Source: Antedon mediterranea
Lineage: Eukaryota > Animalia > Echinodermata
Assembly: GCF_964355755.1 (NCBI RefSeq)
Contig: NC_092672.1
Location: 5,208,001 to 5,272,000, forward strand
Length of the DNA: 64,000 bases
Direction: 5' to 3'
Shown: piece by piece, positions 39,301 through 51,082 of the stretch
How the letters are laid out: each line of letters begins with the position of its first letter
Position numbering within the stretch: the stretch's first letter is position 1
Translations under genes and position numbers: made by a program
Notes under the pieces: model-generated
Databases searched by the model: none
Told to the model about the DNA's origin: nothing
The model's input: the letters and a program-made list of their open reading frames with translations, nothing else

Positions 39301-40867
39301 ATAATATTATGTGACATTAAAATGGCATATTAAAAAAATTGTAAGAATTATTTTTAATTAATTAATCTTTAAGTTGTTAATTTTTGTTGTAGGATGAGAA
39401 GAAACGGATAGAAGAGTTGGGTGGGTGCGTTGTATGGTTTGGAGCATGGCGCGTCAACGGTAGTCTAGCAGTATCAAGAGCTATAGGTAGGTGGCATTTG
39501 GACAACAAGATGAAATGAAGAGATAGCCAGATTGGTTCCACTGTCTCAATAATGCTTGTGATTTGATCTTTGTTGTTTTAAAAACAAAAATTATTCTTTG
39601 TTTTTCTTTTTTTTCTTTGTCCCCTCTTGTAGCACCTTCAATTACACTATGAAATATATTTTTTAATTTAAATGTCAGAAATGTACATATGCATATGACA
39701 GAGAATTATAATAAAAGTGGGCAACCCACACAAGAAAAAAAAAGTAAATTCTTTTAATGTTTTATTATAGGTGATGCAGATCATCGTCCGTATGTTAGTG
39801 GTATTCCAGATATTGCCTCAATTAAACTAGAAGGTGATGAAGATTGTTTTATTCTTGCATGTGACGGCCTCTTTGATACCGTGTCGTTACAAGATGTGTG
39901 CGATGTTGTTCAAAATTGTATAAACACAGACAGTGAATTTTCCACTGTCTCTCACAAGCTTGTATCTGTTGCGAAAGAACGTGGTTCCACCGATAATATC
40001 ACATGCATTGTCGTGTTTCTCAATCCTCAAAAACGTGAAATCACTGTTCAGGAAGATGAGGAAACTGTTATTGTTGACGAGTCAGAAAATTCTGATGGTG
40101 CAGACAACAAAGAGGATAAAGAATCGGATATTGGAGAAGATGGAAAAATTAACAGTTGTGATGGCTCTGAGCAGCCTGCCAATCCACAAGAAACAAGTGA
40201 TCAAACAGAGGCTAAGGATTTAAGTTCTGCATTAGAGACTAAGTCAGAGACTAATAAATCCCAAACTGCATCAGAGACTGAGGAATCAGAAACTGTGTCA
40301 GAGGCTAAGGAATCGGAAACTCTGTCGGAGGCTAAGGAATCAGAAACTCTGTCGGAGGCTAAGGAATCTGAAGAATCAACAAAGGCAGATACCAATATAA
40401 ATAACAATAACAGTATATTATCAAATATTGACAATAATTCCTTTAGTAAATCTACGAGGATATCAACAAATAAAAAGGAACGTAAAGCTGTTCAAACAAG
40501 TATGGAAAAACTATCACTAGCAGGTAATAGATTGAAGCTTAGTCCAAATCGCAAAAAGACAACAACGCCCCTATCGAAACCGTCACCTGTTAATGTCGAA
40601 TCAAATGTTGCAAAACCCAAGAAGTTGTCATTAAAGAAGAATACAAAGCGATCTACTACGCAGTCAAGCAAAATCTCCGAGTCAAATGGTACATGCATAG
40701 AAATTGTTTCACCTTTAAGTAAAGATAGTAAAAAGTCAAATGAATTGAAGGCAAGGTTTAAACCTAAGTCGGTAAATGGCTGTCAGGGTCGAGTTCGTAG
40801 GGATGAGGTTATAGCTGGCGCTACACGGTATGATCATATGTATCACAAAGGGTCAATGCCAGCTTAG
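27333..40867 (+). CDS. PPM1E: PP2C-family phosphatase, PPM1E/PPM1F (POPX/CaMK phosphatase)-like
   Basis: Exons 27333-27517 (FLEEF...PLNPDEPLP), 33075-33190, 33773-33963 ([14 protein letters not shown]), 37092-37289 ([20 protein letters not shown]), 38248-38391 (SGTT, WIGDSQ, PHKPDRE), 39393-39486 ([18 protein letters not shown]), 39771-40867 ([16 protein letters not shown], then a long low-complexity tail). PPM1E versus PPM1F cannot be resolved. Confidence 0.92.
32789..32990 (+). mobile_element. Degenerate Helentron/DINE-like element
   Basis: TTATTACCTCAGCC start, (GT/GTTT)n tract, TTAGCAGGATTAC block and a distal inverted GGCGGAGGT. Confidence 0.45.
36170..36660. repeat. Degenerate tandem repeat (~60-bp subunit, ~130-bp dimer) in PP2C intron 3
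   Basis: Recurrent TTTTGAGGTAGAATTGTG(G/T)AACCATTTT block. Confidence 0.75.
37462..37752 (-). mobile_element. tRNA-headed SINE with a Deu/Nin-like core
   Basis: - strand A box TGGCCGAGCGG and B box GGTTCGAGGC; the core TCGGATAAGGACTATAAACCGTAGGTCC...TTAAAGAACC...GAGTAGG...CCCCGGTGT resembles the Deu/Nin domain as I recall it. Second copy at 51083-51339. Confidence 0.75.
38474..38621. mobile_element. Harbinger/Tourist-like MITE (AGCTCTGTCTACACTA family)
   Basis: Same termini and CCAAATATGGTAGTGATATG interior as the 43494 copy; TTA/TAA flanks. Confidence 0.8.
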
Positions 40868-43493
40868 TCGACCATCTTAATCTCTGCCTACACTATCAAA
40901 CCTTTATGTGAAAAAAAATGTGCCCAAATATGGTGGTGATATTCCAAAATATGGTAATGATGTAACATCACCATGTCCATATATGGGCACATCACATTTC
41001 TTTGTCACATAAAGTTTGGCAGTGTAGACAGGGCTTAAGTTTATTGGAGTTATATTAATTACTTTTCTAGGAATGTCCGAACATAATTCTAATTATTTAT
41101 GAGTACCTTGTCAAAAACTAGGTGAAAGTAGAGGAACATTTTAATTAAGATGGCTTTAAATTAAAATGCATGCATACTATTTAATCTTTGACACAGTTAC
41201 AAGGTAACCTTTGACATAGCCATACCTGTATGGAGAAAGTTAAATTTTAGACATTTATATTTCTCATATCGTTGAATTGAGTTTAACTTTAACATTTTCA
41301 TTAAACTATTAGTTTTTAAAATACAAGATGAAAAAAAAAATTATTTTTCCAGTTATATATTTTTAAACTTTTTTTTTTAAACAAACGACAAGGACAGATG
41401 ATCCTAAATTTTGTTATAATTTTCTTTGCATTGACATTTGTTTTAGTATATCTAAAATATTCATTTCATAAATTTGAAATATTTTGATTGGCATTCTTCC
41501 ACTGGTAATACCAAAGTGATTGGTGTGTGGTTTTAAAGTCTATATTTAAATTGTTAAATATTGTTAATATCAAGTATTTAACCTCAATACTATTGAGTAG
41601 AAAAACACCTTAATTATTGTTATGGTTAAGTAAAAATGACTATTGATTTTTAATTCTTATGAGACAACCAAGAGAAAGGATATTTTCGTAGAGTCGTATG
41701 ACTAAAGGTAGGTGTGTGTGTGTATTACACCTAATATGTTGAGACCACTTTGGTTGAATTGTAAATGTGGTACCCTAATAGAGGTTTTTTACAAAATGTA
41801 CAATATTCTATATGTTTTGTTAATTTATAATTAAAGTTTTAAAACAATGACTTCCAAAAGTTACTGATTGGCAAAAATTTTTAAAAAGTTATAAATTTAA
41901 AATACATAACTTTAAATTATTGTATGTCATAAATTTTTAAAAAAAATTTCATGTCTAGGATGTTAACAAAAATAAATATGTTTTTACTATCACCCAGTTG
42001 AGAATTATGATTTTAACAACAGTATTAGCTTTGTGTAATGAATTTCAATACTGGATTAAAAACGCTTTTATAATGCAATTCAATTTAATCATTGTTCTGT
42101 ATTACGTACAGTATACATATTGTACGATTATTTTCCTTACGATTTTAGAAATCATTTTTAATAAGTAGCTTTTTATACTCAATTTAATTTTTGTGATGTA
42201 AATTTTAGTTTTTGATACAAAACATGAGTGTAGATAATTGATGGCAAAAAGAATTATGTCGTTACATTTTAAGAAAATAACACCCTAAAATCTCACTTTT
42301 TGAAAAAAAGGTTGTTGTATTTGTAGGAGGCATACGTCATGCCTTGATCTCAAATCTCAACATCAATATACTCATCACTGTATTAAATTTTCAAATTATT
42401 TTGATGTTTTGTAAGTTTTTAGAAACGTGTAAATTATTCTGACTGAAGAATTGAATTTTATTTTCTATGAGGCTTTTCTCTAAAGATTGTATTTTGAAAA
42501 TAATGCTATTGTGCCTTTTAAAAAGGTTGTTGGATTTAGGAATAACCAACCATGTATTTAATAGCAAAAATGTACAAATATTTGGGACAATATATATAGT
42601 ATTATTTTTAAGTATGACAAGGAGCTGTTACAGTACTTTTTCTGTAGGTCTGTTTTTGAAGGTTTGTCGCTGTTGGTAAAGTTCATACCCAATTCTCAGT
42701 GGTTTATCTCCATATACGACAGTATTTACCCAGTATCATAGGAAAATTCCTTAATACAGCATCTTATGTGTATCACATGAGATGTCTGTATCATTTAGGT
42801 TATGGTCTATGATACTAGGCGATATATGTGAAGTGATGGTGGAAACATTCTAGATACAGTACTGAGAATCGAGTGAAAATGAAAAGGTAATGTTTTGAAA
42901 AAGGGATATGACCATGTTCTACTTGATAGACTAGAACTTCACTCTACAGAACTGCCATGTTGGTAGAACTCTGCCAATATTACACCACTTCATGCTACAG
43001 TACTGTGTTCACAATAACAAACTCTGTAACGGTTTGTAAATTTGTTTTAAGGAATACTGTATGTATGTAGTTACAGTACGCCAATAAGGTGAAATATACT
43101 GTGTGTATGTCTGTAGGCACATCATGCTTATATAAATAAGGTGAAATATATTGTGTCCACATTTTCATATGTAGTCCTATGCCTATATAAGGTAAAATAA
43201 TATACTGTATGAAAGTCCATATGTTAAGGGTTATACTTTTGGTTGATACATAGGTGACACAGTATCACAGGATTTGCCTATGATACTGTATAATTTATAG
43301 ATACAGTATCGCGAAAGCTATTATAATTATTGTTTGAAGGAAGCGCATTAGCGTATACCAAATGTTACAGACCTGTATTTGCGCATGCCAGTTAAGAGGC
43401 ACTGTAATTTTCCGCTTTTTTAATTGGAATTACTACAAGGTAGGGGATACAGGAATTTTACAAAAGTAATCAATAAACAACGTCCAGTCTTTA

Positions 43494-43627
43494 AGCTCTG
43501 CCTACACTATCAAACTAGTTTGACAAAAAGGTTATGTCCAAATATGGTAGTGATATGACATCATCATGTCCATATATGGGCATATAACATTTTTTGTAAC
43601 ATAAAGTGTGATAGTGTAGACAGAGCT
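43494..43627. mobile_element. Harbinger/Tourist-like MITE (AGCTCTGTCTACACTA family), representative copy
   Basis: TTA|AGCTCTGCCTACACTATCA...TGATAGTGTAGACAGAGCT|TTA. Other full or partial copies near 468, 9662, 18176, 22530, 29668, 29972, 35180, 38474, 40880, 52263 and 63434. Confidence 0.85.
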
Positions 43628-43943
43628 TTAGAATATTTTAAACAGCTTGGAAATGTAGGCATATTGTATTTTCTTAATGATTAGAGGCTGTGCCTGGTGT
43701 TGTGGCAACTGAAAGGGCATTTTTTCTCATGTTAATGGTGATTTTAGGATGTAAATTGTGTTGTAATCAGGAATAAAAACAATTGAAAACCAACTTAACT
43801 TAACATTATTTTATTTTTCATTTTAAATAAATTGATACAGTTCAAAGAATGGTCGGTTCATACCTTGCAAGATTTAATTAAAAATCTTGCAGTTAAACTG
43901 TCAATTTTGAAACAAAATATGTAACGTCATGGTATCTTTAATA

Positions 43944-45394
43944 TCAAACAGTCAGGTTCGGCAGGACATCACCTAACTTGGCATCAATCTTGAGAGTTGC
44001 CAGGTGATCAGCTTTGGTTGGCCCAATGTTGACTATTGCTATGGGTTTATTGCATTCAAATGCAAATTTTGCATATTTATTTGATGAGAAATACTAAAAA
44101 AAAACAGAATTCATGTGTATAATTACTTTTTGAGTAATCCTGCTAAATGTAAAATCGCGAAAATTAATAGGCCCGCGACAATTTTGGGCTTTACAGTAAT
44201 TGTAAAGAGTGAAGGAAGGAGAGTGCGAAAAGCACAAACAAATAAATTCTATTTGACTACTGTGGAGTAGCTTTGCATCAGGCAGTTGAGTAATTAATTG
44301 GTCAGATGTTTTTTCCTACTCAATTACTCTTTGACTCGAAGCTACTCCACAGTTGTCAAATACAATTACAACCCTGTTGGTGCAGTACCTGCTGCTTACT
44401 TGGGCTCGAGTCTAACCACTAGACATCATCGCAAGCTCGGTGGTCTAGAGGTATGAATGCCAGGCTAGTGATCTGGAGGTCGTGGGTTCGATTCCCACTC
44501 GAGAATTACTTGCTCTCAATGTACTTAGTATACAATACAAATTTGGTCAGAGTACGGCAAACATCTGACCAATTAAATAAATTCTAAAAACCTTGATGAC
44601 AGACTTACTTCTAAAGATGTGCCAAGAATCATAATTCTGTCAGCATTTGTAATACTCTTCAGTAGAAATGTCTCTACTGACATTTCAACGTTATCTCCTA
44701 AGAACAATATATCTGGCTTAAGAATTCCTTTACAATTTTCACATTTAGGTATAGTGAACTTCTTCATGTCTTCTTTCAAAAGAACAGGATTTTCTTCTTG
44801 CATATCGAGGCTGAAATTAGGATTGAGTTTGGTAAATCTTTTTTGTAGATCACTTCTTTTTGTGACATAATATTTACAAGACATGCATTTGGCCCTGAGA
44901 AGACTTCCATTTACTTCGGTTACACTCTTACTACCAGCCTTTGAGTGAAGCCCATCAACATTTTGCGTGGCTAACCATTCAATTTTACCCCTCTCTTCCC
45001 AACGAGTTAAAGCTTTATGAACGTCGTTTGGTTTAGGAACTTTCAATCTCATCCACTCTGCCCAACTCTGCTGACTAATTTCATCTGTCTTTTGGAAGAC
45101 ACGTGGTGAAAAGGATCCTCCAACGGTTTTGGTTGAATTATACCAATCAGGAATACCAGACTCTGTCGACAACCCTGCTCCAGTAAGGACGAACAGCTTT
45201 TTAGTTTTATCGATGAAGTCCTGTACGTCCTTTAAATCTTTTTCCTTGAGAGGTTCACTGGTAGGTACACAGTTGTTTGCATTACTTTTTTGATGTAACC
45301 ATGTTTTAACATTCTGCAACGGTAGAAACTTGCCTGGCATTGCTTTTACGCCGTATATAGCAGTATTTCTCAAGGCAGCTGGTATGAAAATCAT
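43944..45394 (-). CDS. Divergent SIRT4 paralog (copy B), catalytic His replaced by Asn
   Basis: Exons 45394-44609 and 44093-43944 (311 aa), with the intron at the same position as in copy A. Retains [32 protein letters not shown] and NIGPT; has EVNG where copy A has ELHG. Confidence 0.88.
44250..44362. mobile_element. Small inverted-repeat element in the SIRT4-B intron
   Basis: TATTTGACTACTGTGGAGTAGCTT...AAGCTACTCCACAGTTGTCAAATA. Confidence 0.65.
44433..44506 (+). pseudogene. tRNA-like sequence (SINE head or tRNA pseudogene)
   Basis: A box TGGTCTAGAGG, B box GGTTCGATTCC, anticodon-like arm CCAGG-CTAGTGA-TCTGG; the outer acceptor stem does not pair. Confidence 0.55.
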
Positions 45395-45729
45395 TTTGGA
45401 GGTTGCGTGATAATTAATATGACCTGAGCATCAATAAATACAATCTCATACAATCAGTAGAGTTTTTCTAATGGTTTGAATAGGCCTATATGGCAAAATT
45501 TGATATGGTAATGTTACATGATTACTTCCTCATACCAGGGAGATTTTATTTTACTCCTTTCTGATACATACAATTGAATTTAATTGTAAACCGCAGAGCC
45601 ACCATGGCACATTGTCGACAATTTCTCATCCGTGAAAAGTGGTTTCCTGAAAACAGATTGATGAAAAGAAACAAATAAAACATATTGCAATAGTAAGGTA
45701 CATTCCAGCATTTATATCACCTATATATT

Positions 45730-45867
45730 GTTCTGAAAAGAACTGTTGAGTTTCTCAACGTTTTGATCAATATAACTTTGATCGTCCTCAGGAGTGAGAA
45801 TGCAGGAACTGGACTGGACAAGTCACTCACTCTCACCCAAAACGTTGAGAACAGTTCTTTTCAGAAC
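45730..45867. mobile_element. Inverted-repeat Penelope-type remnant with a degenerate hammerhead motif
   Basis: Arms GTTCTGAAAAGAACTGTT...TCTCAACGTTTTG / CAAAACGTTGAGAACAGTTCTTTTCAGAAC; - strand core CTGAGGA-C-GATCAA...TTGATC-AAAAC-GTT. Confidence 0.55.
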
Positions 45868-46814
45868 TATATATATGTGGTGTACCGTAAACTTAATATC
45901 AACATTTGATTTCACCATGCAAACAATATAATAGCATCCACAATATATCATCATGCAACCTATAAATTGTATCATGGTGATTAATTGATTGAACCAAAGA
46001 ATATAAATAGATTGAACCTACCTTCCTAGAGTCTGTTAATTTAATTAATGATGGTTTTTAATCTTGAGTCGGGTGGATCAGTTTAGGACGTCCTCTGGAC
46101 ACTGCCAGCTACAAATATCAAATTTAAGTATGGATATGGTTTACTTGAGTTATATATTATATAGTCCGGTTTAGTCCATTCAACGTACTGGTACCATTTC
46201 ATTCAATACTAAGGAACGTCTGTATATATTGACAGTGTAAATTAATTCAGAATAATCGTATTACACAGCTAACAGTACAAAGTTTAGAGATCAATAATGT
46301 ATATTGTTTATATTTATAGGCCTATTATGTTGGTATAGTATTGGTATAACACATTATTGTCTATGTATTATCACCGACCAAAATGCTTTCATGGCCACTG
46401 TAGAAGTTACACTATTATGAATAGCCGTGTATCGTATGATGGCTGAATACAATACAAAATTTACATAACAATATACAATAGAGTTATGTTATTATTCAAT
46501 TATTCTAATAGTAGTACTAAAACATGTTTATCCTTTATAATATTGTATCAGTCTATCCATCCAATTTTGAACTTTGATTAACCCAAGTTTAAATACTTAA
46601 CTCATTCTAATAACAACAATAAACTACAGTATGCATTAAAAAAACTATTTATTGGTTAAAATATTTAATAAAATATAGTATAAGTTAAAAAACATTCAAA
46701 ATTGTTATTGTTGATCAAAAGATTGACATCTATTTTGGTTTAGAAACTTTCTACTTGTGAATTTCCATAGATTATCTTAAAATATTTATTTTGGCGCATT
46801 GGAATCATCACAAA

Positions 46815-47949
46815 TTAAACAGACAATTCTGGAAGTATATCGCCCAATTTTGCTTCAATCTTGAGTGTTGCCAGGTGATCAGCTCTGGTTGGCCCAATGT
46901 TGATTATTGCTATGGGTTTATTCCATTTCTTTGCAGCTAGTGCAAAACGATAACCTGAGTAAACCTACAGTATAAAAACATAAAAAGCAATTATAATTCA
47001 GCAGGTTTTACGAAAAAATGTAATAGTGAAAGAATCAATGGAAGAAGAAACATTATGCAGTGGACAAACTCTAACAACTTACTTCTAGAGATGACCCTGC
47101 ACATAATATACCATCAGCTTTTTCTACCTGATTCATCAAATATCCAACAATTGTTTTCTCAACATTATCTCCAAAAAATACGATATTTGGCTTAAGAATT
47201 CCTCCACACACTTCACATTCAGGAACGTCAAAATTCTTCATTTCATCCTCTGACAGAAGGGTGTCACCATCCGGTCCCATTGCTCCTTGTTTAGTTATAA
47301 AATCAGGATTCAGTTTTAGCAACTTTTCCTGAAAAATATTTCTATCAGTGACATTATTACAAGATAGGCAGTTGACCCTGTGTAAACTCCCATGTAGTTC
47401 GGTTACTCTCTCACTACCAGCCTTTAGGTGAAGTCCATCAACATTTTGCGTCGCTAACCAGTCGATTTTACCCCTTTTTTCCCAAACAGATAAAGCCATG
47501 TGAGAGGTATTTGGCACAAATGATTTGTACCTCATCCACCCAACGAAATTCCGAGCCCAATACTGCCGCCGTCTTTCAGCACTTTGTAAGAAAGTCTTGT
47601 ACTGCATGGGTCTGCTGTTACTTCGTGCATAGAGTCCTACACCTTCTGACCTGTAATCAGGAATACCAGATTCGGTTGACAAACCAGCTCCAGTAAGGAC
47701 GAACAGCTTTTTCGTTTTGTCGATGAAGTTCTGTACTTTGTTTAAATCATTTTCATTAATAGGTGAACTGGGAGGTACAAATAAATTACTTTTTCTTTCT
47801 GCTTGCACTTCTACTGAATCTCTTCGTTGATATGAGTTTGAAAGGAGTGCTATTGACCGTTTAAAATGTACACTATTATTGCAAGTATTTATGGTGTTAT
47901 TTTGCTTTGGAATGAAATGCTTCAATTTCAGAAAGTTTATCTTTGTCAT
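46815..47949 (-). CDS. SIRT4: NAD-dependent sirtuin-4, canonical copy A
   Basis: Exons 47949-47083 and 46964-46815 (338 aa). Basic N-terminus resembling a mitochondrial presequence; [51 protein letters not shown] loop, [29 protein letters not shown]. Confidence 0.95.
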
Positions 47950-48029
47950 CTTGAAAAGCTGCAGTAAAAAAGGGAGGAAAAAAAAACATTTTAAAGATCG
48001 CAGTATTATTATTCACATTTTCCATTCCC

Positions 48030-48300
48030 GGATTACTACTCACGCACAAATTGGATGAGGGACTCATTTGGTCGAAAAGCTATTATATTATGGAATTCGT
48101 TATCGGAGGATGTAGTAGCTTCAAGATCAACCAATCAATTTAAGTCCGGTCTTGAACGGGCATGGTCCAACCACCCTCTTAAATTTGCGCCATATTCAAG
48201 AGTTGATGTAAATTATCAAGAGGGGCTTATAGGCATAGCCTAGCCTCGACTCCGGACCCAGCATTGCTGAGCTCCGGAAACAAGTAAACAAGTAAGTAAA
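48030..48300 (+). mobile_element. CR1-type LINE 3' end
   Basis: WNSLSEDVVASRSTNQFKSGLERAW fragment followed by an (ACAAGTAA)n tail. Confidence 0.7.
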
Positions 48301-48599
48301 CAATTGAGTTGATCCCATTTAACCACTACACAGTATATAGATTGGACCCGGCAGTGGCCTACTCACTGTGTCATTATTTTGATTCAGATAGCTCTCAGCT
48401 CCCCCTCTGGGGTTCAACAGTGCATAGCTACTTACTCTACTTTATTTACTACACATACAGGCCTAGAGTTTAGTACTAGAATAGAGGCCTACAGTACACA
48501 GTACAGGCTACATAAAGCCTAAAAAGCTAGAGTGAATTGATTGATTGTAATTTGCTTTGTACAACTTTCGGATATTCTAACCCACAATATAATAACGCG

Positions 48600-48875
48600 C
48601 ACCTAATATTACAGTTTTATCGGCGTAATTCTTGTTGTGTGTAGGATGAATATTTATCCAAAAGTTGCCGATTACGTAACTGAATTTCGTTTCTGCTGCT
48701 GCCCTCTATATGTGTCAAGGTGTGTGGTGCAGTGTGGTGGCGCAATATGTGTTTGTTGTTTTTTTTTTTCAAGAAGATGGTGGTGGTGTCATGAAAACCA
48801 AAGTAAAAAGTCGGTACAATGTTGTCTTAAAATACGTATTTTCTGTTTCATTTTAATAATATTGCTTCCAGATGG
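48600..48875. promoter_or_regulatory. Putative bidirectional promoter shared by SIRT4 (-) and RNF34-like (+)
   Basis: The genes are head-to-head and both first coding exons are preceded by acceptor sites (47959 on -, 51415 on +). Candidate non-coding first-exon donors lie at ~48602 (-) and ~48875 (+). Confidence 0.4.
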
Positions 48876-49212
48876 TATGTATGATATAAAGTTGCTTTGC
48901 TTTAATCTATGAAATAAAATATAACTTTTTTGTTAGAATTAATTGAGTTTAGATAGATGTGTAGAGGCCTAGTTTCCTAGGCTAGGCCTGTGATGTGTGT
49001 GTCGACCTACCTACCTGGAAATACCAAGCAATACTGTAAATGACATTCAACTATCAAAATGGACATGAACTCTCTGTTCTTATTTGAACTTAAAGGCCTA
49101 CTAGGGCAGCACAATACATTAGACATAATAAGCTAAATAAGACATGGAACTACATGAAATATAAGCTCTCTGCTTAGTCTGTGCAAGTTTTTAAAGAATG
49201 TATTTTATTTTA

Positions 49213-49974
49213 CGCCGTGGCTAAAGATACGGTACCGTATTCTAACTTCTGTTTACTAAAGGTACGGTAAAATTGCATTACATCATAACCAGCCAATGGG
49301 GTGCTGGTACGTGTGTGACGTCATCGTATAAGGACTTTGGATTTTTTCATATTGCGAAAACAGTGATCAACCGCATTTTCTTTATGCTTCATTTATCGCT
49401 ATTATCGCCGTCGTGTGTGACAAAAACTAAATGTAGCCTACGTCTGTTATTATTATTATTGAAAAGCCAAAACATGTTGATTTTAATTCTAGAATACAAA
49501 AAACCGTTTCAAAAGAGGCCTAGGCCTACTTACTACGTACTATAACCTCATTATATGAGTTTGTTTGTGTAGGGAAAGCGATGCCAGGCTGGGTCCAGCT
49601 GCATGTGTGCGCTGATTTCTGTGACTCAGACCTGGGGCTACTGTCTAAAAATCATAGTATTTGAGGGCCCCTTTATTGTCCGCATTTGCTTGTTGTTTAT
49701 GGTCACCATTGTAAACAAAGTTTAATAAAAAATATAGGCCTAAAGGCCATTTGGAATAAAACCCTCATCAGCGCACACACACCCATGCAGCATGGCGCCG
49801 CCGACAGGAATTCTCTACATACAACAGACGCGATATGAAAAAAAATCAAAAGTCCTTATACGATGACGTCACACACGTACCAGCACCCCATTGGCTGGTT
49901 ATGACGTAATGCAATTTTACCGTACCTTTAGTAAACAGAAGTTAGAATACGGTACCGTATCTTTAGCCACAGCG
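49213..49974. mobile_element. Mutator (MULE)-like non-autonomous element
   Basis: ~135-bp near-perfect TIRs (CGCCGTGGCTAAAGATACGGTACCG... / ...CGGTACCGTATCTTTAGCCACAGCG) flanked by a 9-bp direct repeat TTTATTTTA. Confidence 0.85.
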
Positions 49975-51082
49975 TTTATTTTATGATGAGTAAAAATTGT
50001 TAACAAAAAATATTTTGTTAATTCACATGATCAACTTGCGTAATGAAATAATGCTTTTATATAATTATTGCACAAGTATATATATAGCCTAGTTTGGTTA
50101 CTACTGGTAGCTTCTTTTTGGTTGTGATTCGGCAAATTAAAAATATATATTTTATTTGTCCAATTTTTTTTTTAAAGTTTAGAATTAAAATAATAAAATC
50201 CTGAACTTAGGAAAAGGGAATATGAAATGAAAAAAAAGAAATATCTATGATCATACAATACATACAAGCGTCAACATACAGTGTGTGTCTTTTTTGTTTG
50301 TTTTATGATGCACCAACCAACTACTTTCATTTTTTACACACTCAGAAACATGTACACATGCGCATAATGACTAGGCCTAGACATTTTTTTTATACGCCGT
50401 TCGTAAATCTAAATGTTTAAATATCAGTGCAGATTACCTCTTTTGAGAATCGTGTCCACCTTTATTATCCATACATTATTATTCTCACATCTATCATTGT
50501 ACATAGTCCTACTGTAGGCCGGTAGATTGATTTATAACGGCATGTTATCTATATATTTTATTAAGATCCTAAAACCATACGTAATTGTTTGCATAATAAA
50601 ATACACGACAGACGTTTATTCTCTATAGAATATATTAATTACAGTACATATAAATAGAGGTAAATTATTATATGCCTAATATAACAATATGCCTAATATA
50701 ATATTTAAACGTGTTTAGAAATGGCCATTTTGAAAAGTTAAGACACAGTCCTTCTCCGAGACCTGTGAAATACAAAAAAAAAAATAATTTAATGATTGAT
50801 AATAAATATTTATTAACCAATTAAAAAATATCCACATAAATAATATAGTTCCTAAAAAATATCAATTAAATCTATATAAACGAAAAATGTATATCCCGCA
50901 TCCCGCTCGATCCATACAAAATAGCACGACCGATTTCAAACGCAACCGATATCACCAAAAGTATAGCTGTAGCGGCGCGCCATACAAAATACCGGAAGTT
51001 GATTTTATCGCGACCAATTTCAAACGCGACCAATTTCAGACGCGACCGATTTCATCTGCGACCGATTTCATCTGACACCATT

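Noticed and set aside
44433-44506. Functional tRNA with AGT anticodon
   Set aside because: The outer acceptor stem does not pair and the D arm is irregular.
50925-51078. ~16-bp CGCGACCRATTTCA repeats suggesting a transposon end
   Set aside because: No matching opposite terminus found, so no element could be defined.
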